From the NCBI GenBank assembly GCA_016932835.1, contig JAFGCD010000070.1, forward strand, positions 1,248 to 65,247: a stretch of DNA of 64,000 nt, written 5' to 3'. Source of the DNA: Sedimentisphaerales bacterium. GTDB taxonomy: Bacteria; Planctomycetota; Phycisphaerae; Sedimentisphaerales; Anaerobacaceae. A model generated the notes under the pieces. That model did no database searches and had not been told where the DNA came from. It saw only the letters and a list, made by a program, of their open reading frames with translations. This document shows positions 44,886-56,123 of this stretch, piece by piece (the first letter of the stretch is position 1; the number at the start of each line of letters is the position of its first letter). The position numbers and the translations under genes were made by a program.

Positions 44886-46235
44886 TCAGACTTTCTTTGG
44901 GTCCGGGTGGATCCATGGTTTTCGATACGGTCGGGCGAGCAGCTTGTTGGCTTGCTTATCGCCGACGACTTCACCCTTGACCGGGTCCCATTCGAGGGTG
45001 CGCCCGAGTTTGCAGGCCATGTTGGCGAGGATGCATGAGGTCGCTGTTATATATCCTTCTTCGATATCCGAGACGGGCCTGCCCCTTGTCTCGGTCATTT
45101 CGAGGAAGTTTCTCCAGTGGCCCCTCACTGCCGAAGCGACGTGGCGTTCGAGGTCTTTTTCTGTTTCGTCTTCGGGGTATTTGTCGTATTCGTAGAGTGC
45201 CTTGCCGGTGAGCTTTTCGCCTCCTCCCTGTGGGATGAATTCATACTTGTGGACGTCTGCCTTGAGGACGCCTTTTTCTCCATAGATGAAAGCGGCCCAT
45301 GGGTATTCCGGGTCCGGGGCGGGTCCCCATGTGCGGTGGGTCCAGACTACGGGCAGGCCGGGGAAATCGAACGTTGCGATTTGGGTGTCGGTAATATTTG
45401 CCTTGCTCTGCTTATCGACGAGGATACCCCCGGAAGAACTGATTTTCGTCGGCCAGCCGAGGTCGAGCATCCATCGTACCATATCGAGCATGTGTACGCA
45501 CATATCCCCTACGATTCCGTTGCCGTACTCCATGAACGCTCGCCATCCTCTTGGGTGTGCGATTTTGTTGTATGGTCTCATGGGGGCCGGGCCTGTCCAC
45601 ATGTCCCAGTCGAGGTTCGCCGGCGGGGCGGTATCCGGGGGATTGCCTCTGGCCCGCATGTGGTAGTAGCAGCAGATTTCGGCGTGAGCGATTTTGCCGA
45701 GCTTTCCTTCCTTGATTACCCTATCGCGTGCTTCTATGAGGTGCGGGGTGCTTCTTCGCTGCATGTTGACCTGAACGACCCGCTTGTACTTCCTTGCTGT
45801 TGCGAGCATGGCTTGCGCTTCGACGACATCGACACTGATGGGCTTTTCGACGTAAACATCGGCTCCTGCCTTGACCGCTTCTATCATCGCCAGGGCATGC
45901 CAATGATCAGGCGTGGCGACGTGAACGATATCGAGCTGCTCTTTCTTGAGCAGTTCGCGGTAGTCGGAGTAGGTGCGAGGTTTCTTGCCTGATTTCTGCC
46001 TGCCTGCTACAATCTCCGCGGCCTCGGCGAGCATGTTGCTATCGACATCGCAAAGTGCGGCGACCTCGACCGGCGCGACCTGGATGAGGCGAAGCAGGGC
46101 GGCCTTGCCGTACCACCCCGTCCCGATGAGTGCGACTTTTTTCGGTTTTTGTGCTGCGAACACCGGAACGTAGCTGCCCAATGTCGATACTGTCAGGCCT
46201 GCTGCGGCTGCCTTGAGGAAGTCTCTGCGATCCAT
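44886..46235 (-). CDS. TAT-exported Gfo/Idh/MocA family oxidoreductase
   Basis: TAT signal MDRRDFLKAAAAGLTVS. Rossmann motif VALIGTGWYGK. VEKP motif. AGGAGA lies 6-7 nt upstream of the ATG at 46235. Confidence 0.9.
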   Translation of the reverse strand: MDRRDFLKAAAAGLTVSTLGSYVPVFAAQKPKKVALIGTGWYGKAALLRLIQVAPVEVAALCDVDSNMLAEAAEIVAGRQKSGKKPRTYSDYRELLKKEQLDIVHVATPDHWHALAMIEAVKAGADVYVEKPISVDVVEAQAMLATARKYKRVVQVNMQRRSTPHLIEARDRVIKEGKLGKIAHAEICCYYHMRARGNPPDTAPPANLDWDMWTGPAPMRPYNKIAHPRGWRAFMEYGNGIVGDMCVHMLDMVRWMLDLGWPTKISSSGGILVDKQSKANITDTQIATFDFPGLPVVWTHRTWGPAPDPEYPWAAFIYGEKGVLKADVHKYEFIPQGGGEKLTGKALYEYDKYPEDETEKDLERHVASAVRGHWRNFLEMTETRGRPVSDIEEGYITATSCILANMACKLGRTLEWDPVKGEVVGDKQANKLLARPYRKPWIHPDPKKV

Positions 46236-46369
46236 CGTATTTCTCCTAAATTCGAATACACGAATACAAAATACCGGCCGATTATACAGCGTGTGAATTC
46301 AATTTGCGAGTTTTTGTTTTGGTCTAATCAGGCGGATTTCTGTTGGGTTCGGCGGCGCTCTGCGGCCGC

Positions 46370-48835
46370 TCAGTCCCGGTTTGTTTGCAGGATCGAATTG
46401 TCATTTCTGAGGTTCTTGACTGTGACTTCGTATCCCCGGGGCGCCTTTGTCTTGCAGATGACTTTTTCGTTTTCGATTTTCCATTTGACGATGAGCGGGC
46501 CGTGGGGGGTGATTATCGTTCCTTCACAGTAGTCAAGTCCGACATCTGCGATATTAACCAGGACTTGTTTTTTTGCCGTGTCTATTTCAGATACCCCGAG
46601 GACGTCGCGATAAAGACTGTGGACGACGTGTGAGGCGAACCCGTGGTTGCAGCTTGCCTCGGCACCGACGTTTTCCCAGAGGGTTCCGGTTTTCTCGGCC
46701 ATGTAGAGGTAGAAGCCGAGGATGTCTTCTTTGATTTTGGCCGGGGCGTTGTACCTGTTGAGCAGTTCAAGCCGGAGATAGTTTCCGACGAACGCATTTG
46801 CCGGGTGGATTTCGGGAAAGGCGTTGGTTTTCTTTCGCTGGGGTCCGAAGTCGTCGAGCAGAGTCCGCCAGAGCTTCGGGTGTGTCTGCGCTGTGGCGAC
46901 ATTGAAAAAGAATGCGAAATACTGGCAGACCTCGGTTCTGTTTGCGGTGACCTGGAGCTTGCCGTCTTTTCTAACGGCGTTGTCGATGAAGAATTCTCCG
47001 TCGAAGGCCTGGTTGCGGATTGTCTTGCGTATGTTCTCGGCCTGTTGTGTGAGGTCCTGGTCATCGTAGATTCTTCCCGCTGCGGCCAGGGCTGCGGCGT
47101 AGAGCATGTTGGAGGGATAGCTGACATCCTGAACAAAGTCGTTGGCCTTTGACCACTCGATGAAGACCCAGCTTTCGAGTTTTTCGAGCAGGCCGTCGTC
47201 ATTGCGGAACTTCTCGAAGTACTTGAAGAGGGCGTCGATTTTGGGCTTGAGGTCGTCGATTAGCTGCCTGTCGCCGCTTCGGGCGAGGTACTCTTCGAGT
47301 TCGACGACGAACCAGAGCGACCAGTTGGGAATGAATACCCCGTCGTAGTGGTCTGCGGGGTAGCACATCGGCAGCATTCCGTCGGGCAGGTGTGCGAATT
47401 TCGGCGGCAGGAGATAGTTCTCGAAGAAGTTCTTCTCGATTGTGGTATTGCCGGTGAGGTCGAAGGCTACCCTTGAGGTGAAGAAGCTGTCGCAGAGCCA
47501 GCCTGCGCGTTCACGGGAGGGGCAGTCCATGAAGATGTCGATGGCGTTTTGTCTGAAGGTCTGGCGGGCGGCCTCGAAGATTTTGTTCAGGTCTGGATTG
47601 CTGCAGGTGAAACCTGCTTTGTCGGTCTGGCTGTTGGCGTATTCGCGCAGGCAGATGCTGCGGGCCGAGCAGTCGCCGTCGAGGACACTGAGCTTGAGAT
47701 AGCGAAGGGTGTATGGCTCGATCGATTCGAGCTTGTAGGAGCCGGGCCGGAGCTCGTAGCAGAGGGCGTTGACGCAATCGAGGCGTTTGAAGTCCACGTC
47801 GTCGTTTGTGAGGAGTTCGTCGAAAGTGAAACAGATTGTGGCTGGCTTGTCGCAGGTTATCTCGGCGCCGATGAAGCCGGTAAGGTTCGTGCCTATGTCG
47901 AGTATGGCGCACTGATTTTCAGCCAGGCGGAGGGGCTGATCGTCCTGGTACGGTTTATCGACGGGCGTTGTCGAGTCGGGGCGGATTTTCTGGAGGGTGA
48001 GCGAGGGTACTACTTCGAGTTGGTCTTCGGTGTATCCTTTCAGTTGCGGGCCGATATTGACCAGGGATCTATCCTTCCAGATGTTAGTTGTGGGGACATT
48101 CCGGCGAAAGCTCCCGCGGGAGAGGATTCGGATCGGATTTCGCCTGGCGAACTGCGGGTAAGCTACCCTCCGGGCGAGGAGTTTTTTCTCGTTCTGGACG
48201 GCGCATTTGACTTCGGCGAGGCTGCCTGCGGGCAGATCCCACCAGTGGTCGAATCCCGGCTGGAGGCGGTAGTATTCGATAAAAGGTCTTTGGAAGCTGT
48301 ATCTCTGGACCTTCTGGAGTCGGTGGGCAAGTATCGAGGCACGGAAGGGAGCGGGCGTCTGGCCGGCGGTTGCGGCGAGGACTTTTCCGCCCGATACGAC
48401 CTCGGCCTGGACGAATGCAGGTTGGTCGAGCAGGTAGAAGCTGTTGACATTGTACGCAGCGACCTCGATTGCGAGGACGTTTGCCTTTCGGCGGATGTTC
48501 TTGAGGGGCCACTGGTCGATTCGGTAGTATCCGTGCGGGCCGCGCGCGGGGCCGTGGCCGACGAATTGGCCGTTGAGGTATATTCGGTAAATGGAGGAAC
48601 CGGCGATTCGCAGGAACGTGTCGGCTTTTCCGGGGCAGTCGAAGAGGGTGCGGAACCCTACGGAGAGATTCATCTCCTTCTCACGGCCGGTCGGCCAGAT
48701 GGGCCTGGCCAAGGTGAAGCCCGGTTCGGCTTGATCCGGGACCGGTGCGGACTTGCGTTGAACAGTCGTTTCGCACGACAGCGATAGTGTGCATAGGACG
48801 GCCAAGGCGCCAATGGACTTGTGCGGATATTTCAT
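46370..48835 (-). CDS. GH78-like alpha-L-rhamnosidase family protein
   Basis: Signal MKYPHKSIGALAVLCTLSLS. Rhamnosidase N-terminal-type block: RIAGSSIYRIYLNGQFVGHGPARG. Six-hairpin catalytic-type block: FMDCPSRERAGWLCDSF (compare the GH78 motif DCPQRDERLGWTGD). 821 aa. Confidence 0.75.
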   Translation of the reverse strand: MKYPHKSIGALAVLCTLSLSCETTVQRKSAPVPDQAEPGFTLARPIWPTGREKEMNLSVGFRTLFDCPGKADTFLRIAGSSIYRIYLNGQFVGHGPARGPHGYYRIDQWPLKNIRRKANVLAIEVAAYNVNSFYLLDQPAFVQAEVVSGGKVLAATAGQTPAPFRASILAHRLQKVQRYSFQRPFIEYYRLQPGFDHWWDLPAGSLAEVKCAVQNEKKLLARRVAYPQFARRNPIRILSRGSFRRNVPTTNIWKDRSLVNIGPQLKGYTEDQLEVVPSLTLQKIRPDSTTPVDKPYQDDQPLRLAENQCAILDIGTNLTGFIGAEITCDKPATICFTFDELLTNDDVDFKRLDCVNALCYELRPGSYKLESIEPYTLRYLKLSVLDGDCSARSICLREYANSQTDKAGFTCSNPDLNKIFEAARQTFRQNAIDIFMDCPSRERAGWLCDSFFTSRVAFDLTGNTTIEKNFFENYLLPPKFAHLPDGMLPMCYPADHYDGVFIPNWSLWFVVELEEYLARSGDRQLIDDLKPKIDALFKYFEKFRNDDGLLEKLESWVFIEWSKANDFVQDVSYPSNMLYAAALAAAGRIYDDQDLTQQAENIRKTIRNQAFDGEFFIDNAVRKDGKLQVTANRTEVCQYFAFFFNVATAQTHPKLWRTLLDDFGPQRKKTNAFPEIHPANAFVGNYLRLELLNRYNAPAKIKEDILGFYLYMAEKTGTLWENVGAEASCNHGFASHVVHSLYRDVLGVSEIDTAKKQVLVNIADVGLDYCEGTIITPHGPLIVKWKIENEKVICKTKAPRGYEVTVKNLRNDNSILQTNRD

Positions 48836-48846
48836 GATAATCTTCC

Positions 48847-49773
48847 TTAGACTTTGGCGGTTTCGGCGAGGGCCCGGTTGATTCTCATTATGGCCTCATC
48901 GACCTCACCTTCGCTTTTGAACCCGATTACGACGGCGTCGAGCAGGCCCGGCTGCATCGCGAAGCGTACGGATTTTTCGCGGTCTTGAGGCTTCGTAAAA
49001 TCCCCGTTGCCTATGATCTTCATCCCGATTATGCCGTGACCGTTTTTCCGCATGATCCTGATTTGTTCGAGTACTGCGGGCAGGTGCGAGGCGTTGCTTT
49101 CTGCGTCCCAGGTCTCGGCGGGCGTGTCGATATGGGCGCCCTGGGGATTTACCCTGACGAGATTGACATCGACCCATTTGAATTGGGCGGCCTTTGTCGA
49201 GGCGGGCAGGCTGTGACATGAGACGCCGTGAGCCCGGATAATCTTCTTCTGCTTTGCCTCTTCGAGCGCGTCGATAACTCTCTTGCGTTTGTCATCCCAG
49301 TCGGCGGCGACGGCGCAGTGAGTAAGGAGGCTGTCGATATAATCAACTCCAAGCTCCTTTCGGTATCTGTCGATGACTTCGAGCGGATTTTCAGGCAGAC
49401 CCGGCATCTTGGACTGGATGAAGAGTTTCTCGCGGGGCAGTGACTTGATTGCCTCGCGGACCATCGGGTGGGTCTTATAACTGTCGGCGGTGTCTATGTA
49501 TGTTATTCCGCGCCCGTAGGCGTAGTGAATCAGGCTTGTGAATTTTTCCTGGCCCAGTGCCCTCTGGATGCTGCCGCCGATGCTGCCGGTGCCAAAACCA
49601 AGCCTGCTGATCTTGAGACCTGTTTTGCCGAGATCGACGAGGTCGCAGGCCGTCGGCGGCAGTTTTGGCTTCGGAGCTTCCTGAGCCGTCGCATGTGAGG
49701 AGAGAATTGCCCCTGTTGCCAGGACCGCTGTGCTGCGGATGAATCGGCGACGAGTGATTTCTGTATGTGCCAT
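48847..49773 (-). CDS. TAT-exported aldo/keto reductase
   Basis: TAT signal MAHTEITRRRFIRSTAVLATGAILSSHATA. AKR motifs: LGFGTGSIGG, YGRGITYIDTADSY, FIQSK. AAGGAG lies 7 nt upstream. The stop is 11 nt before the GH78-like start. Confidence 0.9.
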   Translation of the reverse strand: MAHTEITRRRFIRSTAVLATGAILSSHATAQEAPKPKLPPTACDLVDLGKTGLKISRLGFGTGSIGGSIQRALGQEKFTSLIHYAYGRGITYIDTADSYKTHPMVREAIKSLPREKLFIQSKMPGLPENPLEVIDRYRKELGVDYIDSLLTHCAVAADWDDKRKRVIDALEEAKQKKIIRAHGVSCHSLPASTKAAQFKWVDVNLVRVNPQGAHIDTPAETWDAESNASHLPAVLEQIRIMRKNGHGIIGMKIIGNGDFTKPQDREKSVRFAMQPGLLDAVVIGFKSEGEVDEAIMRINRALAETAKV

Positions 49774-49823
49774 TGTGCGACTCCTTCAATAAGGCTTCGG
49801 ATTAGCGTTGTTCTTTGTCGATA

Positions 49824-49853
49824 TGTTGCAGTACCTGGCCTCGGAATGCAACA
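49824..49853. promoter_or_regulatory. Inverted repeat TGTTGCA-N16-TGCAACA in a divergent promoter region
   Basis: Read directly. It lies between the AKR/GH78 operon (minus strand) and the 50032 gene (plus strand). Confidence 0.3.
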
Positions 49854-50031
49854 CTTTTTGCCGCGATACAGGGGCATATCAGGAAGGGTTGGAGTAGAGC
49901 GTGGCAAATTCGGGCCGATCTTGATATGCTATCACAGCGTTCGACTTTCCGACCCGGTATTTCGCCTGTGTGGGCAAGGTATTGGTAGTCGCGGCGGCAG
50001 TTGCGGTCAGGAAATTAGCGAGGTTTTTGAG

Positions 50032-51717
50032 ATGTCGAAAAAATCATTGCCGGCATCGGCGGCATTTGCGATTGCGTTTTTGTTTTGTGGGCATGCGTGC
50101 TTCGGCAAGGCGGGTAAAAAGTTCATCGAATTGGGATGGGACATACCGAATACGGATTTTCTGCGCAGCAACTACAGGCAAATGGAGGAGAAGGCGCCCT
50201 TCGATGGCGTGATTTTCAAGGTGGAGGTGAAGGATTCGTCGGGCAAAACAGTTCGCAGCGAAGCAGGCTGGGACGGGCGACGGTGGGAACGGGAATGGTT
50301 TGCCGGGGCCTTGGCGGACCTTCAGGCCTGCCGATTCAGGAAGTTTACGGATAATTTCGTGCGGTTCAATGCGACGCCCGGCGACCTGCAATGGGGTGAC
50401 GATGCGGGCTGGGCTGCGCTGTGTGAGAAGGCTGCGATTCTCGCGTGGCTTGTCAGGCAGGGCGACTGCAGAGGGCTTTCGGTCGATTTCGAGTCCTATG
50501 GGGCCAGGCAATTCCAGTTTACGGCAGGCAAGGGATACTCGTTTTTGCAGACGGCCAAGCTGGCGCGTCGTCGTGGCCGGGAGTTCATCGGCGCGATTGC
50601 GAGCGAGTATCCCGATGCGAGGATTCTCGCCTTGTGGCTGAACAGTATCAATATCAAGGCCGGGCTTAGCGGTGATGCGGATGTAATTCTCGCAACGGAG
50701 ACTTACGGTTTACTGCCTTCTTTTATCAACGGTATGCTGGACGGGATTCCGAGTTCCATGGTGCTCATCGACGGTTGCGAGCACGGCTATTATATGGATG
50801 GTCGTCAGGAGTACCTTAATGCGGCCGGCCGGATGAGGCAGTGGGGCGGGCCGGCGGCAAGGCTGGTCGCGCCGGAAAACCGGGTCAAGTATCGCTCACA
50901 GGTTCAGGCTGGATTCGGATTTTACCTCGATATGTATGTCAACGAGGTCGGCAACCGCTATTACTTCGGGCCCGGAGAGAACGGGACTCGGCTGGATCGA
51001 CTGCGTGACAACCTCGCCGCTGCGCTCGCTGCGGCGGACGAATATGTGTGGATCTACGGGGAGCAGTGCCGGTGGTGGCCGATGGCGATGTCGGATTGGA
51101 AGCAGCAGCGCGTGAAAGAGTCGCCGGGCGCAGGCAGGCTTTGGGAGGAGGCATTGCCGGGACTGACCGAGGTAATCGAGTGGATACGGAACCCCGTTGC
51201 TGCTGCCCAGGCTCGGATAGCGGTGCAAAAGCGCGAGGGTAAGCTTGTGAACCTCGTGAAGAATCACGATTTTTCAAATAAAGCGAAATCGGGCATGTTG
51301 CCGGAAGGTTTCACCGTGTGGCAGAGCGATGACAATCCGAAGGGGACTTTCAGTTGGGATGGGTCGGTCGGGGGCGGTTCCGCCAAGGCCGTGAAAGGTA
51401 GCAACGGGGTATTCATGCAGAAGCACGAGGTCGAAGCGGGGCAGGACTATGCCGTCGAAGCGAGGTGTCTTGCGATGGGCGGGTCCATCTGTACGCTATT
51501 TGTTCGGTGGCAGAGCGGCGACGGGCAATGGGCGCGGTGGGAGGAGGATAAGACCTTCGTTTATGAGAAAAACGGCGAGCAGTGGGGCCGGGCCTTTGGG
51601 GTAGTGACGGTTCCTCGCGGAGCCGGGCGGCTGGTGATTTTGCTTGCTGTTAAGGGGCAGGTTGGCGAAGATGATGTTTGCTGGTTTGATGATGTGGGGT
51701 TATATCGGCTGAAGTGA
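50032..51717 (+). CDS. Secreted hypothetical protein with a C-terminal CBM4/9-like jelly-roll
   Basis: I chose the ATG at 50032 (MSKKSLPASAAFAIAFLFCGHACFG signal). The ~170-aa C-terminus (NLVKNHDFS...FTVWQSD...AVEARCLAMGG...VCWFDDVGLYRL) looks like a CBM_4_9-type module. I do not recognise the ~390-aa N-terminal body. Confidence 0.7.
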   Translation: MSKKSLPASAAFAIAFLFCGHACFGKAGKKFIELGWDIPNTDFLRSNYRQMEEKAPFDGVIFKVEVKDSSGKTVRSEAGWDGRRWEREWFAGALADLQACRFRKFTDNFVRFNATPGDLQWGDDAGWAALCEKAAILAWLVRQGDCRGLSVDFESYGARQFQFTAGKGYSFLQTAKLARRRGREFIGAIASEYPDARILALWLNSINIKAGLSGDADVILATETYGLLPSFINGMLDGIPSSMVLIDGCEHGYYMDGRQEYLNAAGRMRQWGGPAARLVAPENRVKYRSQVQAGFGFYLDMYVNEVGNRYYFGPGENGTRLDRLRDNLAAALAAADEYVWIYGEQCRWWPMAMSDWKQQRVKESPGAGRLWEEALPGLTEVIEWIRNPVAAAQARIAVQKREGKLVNLVKNHDFSNKAKSGMLPEGFTVWQSDDNPKGTFSWDGSVGGGSAKAVKGSNGVFMQKHEVEAGQDYAVEARCLAMGGSICTLFVRWQSGDGQWARWEEDKTFVYEKNGEQWGRAFGVVTVPRGAGRLVILLAVKGQVGEDDVCWFDDVGLYRLK

Positions 51718-51804
51718 GATACGTGGATTTTGAAAGGATGTGGAATGCCAAGGGGCAAGGCCGTATTGATTCCATTGGCGTTAACGGTATCGGCAGGGGC
51801 CTTG

Positions 51805-52800
51805 TCAGTGTATTCCATAGACCTCGAGCCCGGTTGATTCGTGGTCGATCTTTATCCTGATTCTGGTGATCAGCATCGGCTGCGGCAGCGGCAGTATGAA
51901 TTCGGAGCCGAAGTAGAGCTTGGCTCTTGCGGCTTCGTTGAATGTCTGCGTCATCAGGCCGCGAGGCGTTACGAAAGTGATTTCGATATCGTTGATCCGA
52001 AGGTAAGATGCCTCTCTGCCTGTTCTTCGCAGGCGGATTTCCCTTACGGGCTTGCGATACGGATTGCTGCAGAGGGTCTGGAGCCACGTGCTGTGGCCAG
52101 GCGGCGTGGTTCCGAGCAGAACCTGTTCGGGGATAGCGATATTCTGCTCTTGGGGTTTGATGATCTGCGGCTGGTTCGTCGGGGCAGGAGTCAGAACGGG
52201 CAGCTTGTACGGGACGCCGGTTATCACCAGGCCTGTGGATTCGTGATTGATGTTGACTCTTATTCGCACTACTGCAATCGGTTTGGGCAGCGCGAGACTG
52301 AATACGCCGCCGGGGTAAAGTTTTGCCCTGCCGTCTTTGTTGAAGGTTTGGACTGCGGAGCCGCGCGGCGCGACGGAAGTGATCTCGATATCGTTGATTC
52401 TAAGGTAGCTGGCCATTCGCCCGGTTCGCCTGATACGTATTTCCCTGAGCAGGCCGCTGTAACGGGCGTCGCAGAATATTTCGAGCCATGTGCTGTCGCC
52501 TGCGGGGGTGGTTCCGAGGACGATTTCTCCGGGATAGGGACTTTGTGCGAGGACCATATTCTCCTCGTATTGGCTGATAAGCTGCTTCATATCGGCGACG
52601 ATCGATCCGGCCTGCCCGGTGTCGAAAACGCCGCGATGTGTCACGCCTCTAAGCTGTTCGGCCTTGGCGAGGATACTGTCGGCGAGAAGCCGGGTGTTGT
52701 CGAGATACTGGTTTGTCATGGCGCCCGTTGCGCCGATAGAACCTGCGAGCAGAAACAGGACGACGGTTTTTCTTTTTGCGGACCTGGTAATGTATCTCAT
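51805..52800 (-). CDS. Secreted hypothetical protein built from two tandem ~105-aa modules
   Basis: The ATG at 52800 has GAGG 6 nt upstream, and the N-terminal hydrophobic segment is KTVVLFLLAGSIGATGA. The two modules (nt 52527-52213 and 52125-51814) are roughly 60% identical by eye and share LGTTP.G.STWL...REIR.RRTGR.ASYLRINDIEIT...RAKLY...HESTGL. Confidence 0.7.
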   Translation of the reverse strand: MRYITRSAKRKTVVLFLLAGSIGATGAMTNQYLDNTRLLADSILAKAEQLRGVTHRGVFDTGQAGSIVADMKQLISQYEENMVLAQSPYPGEIVLGTTPAGDSTWLEIFCDARYSGLLREIRIRRTGRMASYLRINDIEITSVAPRGSAVQTFNKDGRAKLYPGGVFSLALPKPIAVVRIRVNINHESTGLVITGVPYKLPVLTPAPTNQPQIIKPQEQNIAIPEQVLLGTTPPGHSTWLQTLCSNPYRKPVREIRLRRTGREASYLRINDIEITFVTPRGLMTQTFNEAARAKLYFGSEFILPLPQPMLITRIRIKIDHESTGLEVYGIH

Positions 52801-53006
52801 TTGAAGCCTCACGATCTGTGCCCTTGCAGGCGGCTGTACTGAAAAGCTGTTGAACACGATTGACTTGTCATTGCATGTTATTTATTAGACTGTCTTTCCA
52901 TATAGTATAGGCTGTATATGGGTTTCGAGTAACACAAAAATCTCGTGGTTTCGGGGCCATGACGCGGAACATGCAGGGCCGGTGACGTCTGACGATGACC
53001 GGGAGG

Positions 53007-53114
53007 CTGTTTTTTTGCTGGTTTTTCGTGAATCGGCATGTTTAGTATATTGTTGCCTGGTTGGCGAAGGGGGGGCGCATGAGGAAATGGAATCAAGCGC
53101 CTGTTTTTTTGCTG
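53007..53114 (+). repeat. 14-bp perfect direct repeat CTGTTTTTTTGCTG x2, each followed by GTGAAT
   Basis: Copies at 53007-53020 and 53101-53114, read directly, in the leader/promoter region of the first pseudopilin gene. Confidence 0.6.
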
Positions 53115-53135
53115 TTGTGAATGGGACGAGCATTG

Positions 53136-53870
53136 ATGAGCGGCGTGACTGAAAGAAAAGCGTTTACCTTGGTTGAGTTGCTGGTTGTAATCGCTGTTAT
53201 CGCGGTCTTGATGTCGATTCTGGCGCCGGCTTTGCAGAAGGTCCGTCGGCAGGGTCTTTCGGTAGTCTGCCGGAGCAACGAACGGCAGTGGGGCGGCTTC
53301 TTCGGCATTTTCCTCAATGATAATGACGGAAGGTTCGTAGGTTTGGAATTGCACAAGTGGATAGACGTGCTTAGACCATATACGGAGAAGTGTCCGGATA
53401 TATACTTTTGTCCCCTGGCGAAGAAGACGGCTGCCGAAGGCGGATCCGGGGCGTTTGCGGCGTGGGAGGAGGACGGAATGAAGGGCAGCTACGGGACGAA
53501 CTACTGGATTCGTGACAAGGCGTACCCCTATCTGCCGCCTGACTATCCGAGCGACGGCTGGTGGAAGAGCTTCGATGTAAGGGGTGCGAGCAATGTGCCC
53601 GTACTCGCCGATTGCATCTTCGCATCGGGCCTGCCCGTTCATGACGACCCGCCGCCGGATTCGCGGATGCCGGACTGCACCTATACGGAGATGCAGTGCA
53701 TGCAGTATTTCTGCCTCGATAGGCACGACGGCAAGATCAACGCCCTGTTCATGGAACTTTCGGTTCGGCCAGTCGGCCTGAAAGAACTCTGGGACCTGCA
53801 CTGGCACAAAAACTGGAATCCGACCAACGATCCTTCGCCGAGTTGGCCCGACTGGATAAAAAAACTGTGA
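53136..53870 (+). CDS. Prepilin-type N-terminal cleavage/methylation domain protein (pseudopilin-like, H-X9-DG type)
   Basis: MSGVTERKAFTLVELLVVIAVIAVLMSILAPALQKVRRQG is a class III signal with a hydrophobic helix. The C-terminal RHDGKINALFMELSV is a variant of the H-X9-DG motif. An alternative ATG lies at 53121. Confidence 0.85.
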   Translation: MSGVTERKAFTLVELLVVIAVIAVLMSILAPALQKVRRQGLSVVCRSNERQWGGFFGIFLNDNDGRFVGLELHKWIDVLRPYTEKCPDIYFCPLAKKTAAEGGSGAFAAWEEDGMKGSYGTNYWIRDKAYPYLPPDYPSDGWWKSFDVRGASNVPVLADCIFASGLPVHDDPPPDSRMPDCTYTEMQCMQYFCLDRHDGKINALFMELSVRPVGLKELWDLHWHKNWNPTNDPSPSWPDWIKKL

Positions 53871-53874
53871 GTGA

Positions 53875-55962
<2,088 letters not shown>

Positions 55963-56123
55963 GCGTTCGATGTGGGAAAAGTTTATGCTGTTACGGCTGA
56001 TTGGGCGATATACTCTTCATGGTAGTAAATTCCCGTGAGTTAGATTGTAAGTTCTTGTTCTAAAGTTACTTACCAGCCACCGAGGGGCGGGCGAACGAAC
56101 GGAAATTTTCAATCGTGAGGAGT

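Noticed and set aside
55963-56123. Possible FMN riboswitch (RFN element) in the 161-nt leader of ribD
   Set aside because: Only a short GTAAATTCCCG stretch resembles the GTGAAATTCCC core. The closing P1 helix and the other conserved RFN helices and GC-rich junctions are absent, and the region is AT-rich. A cmscan with RF00050 would settle it. I expect no hit.
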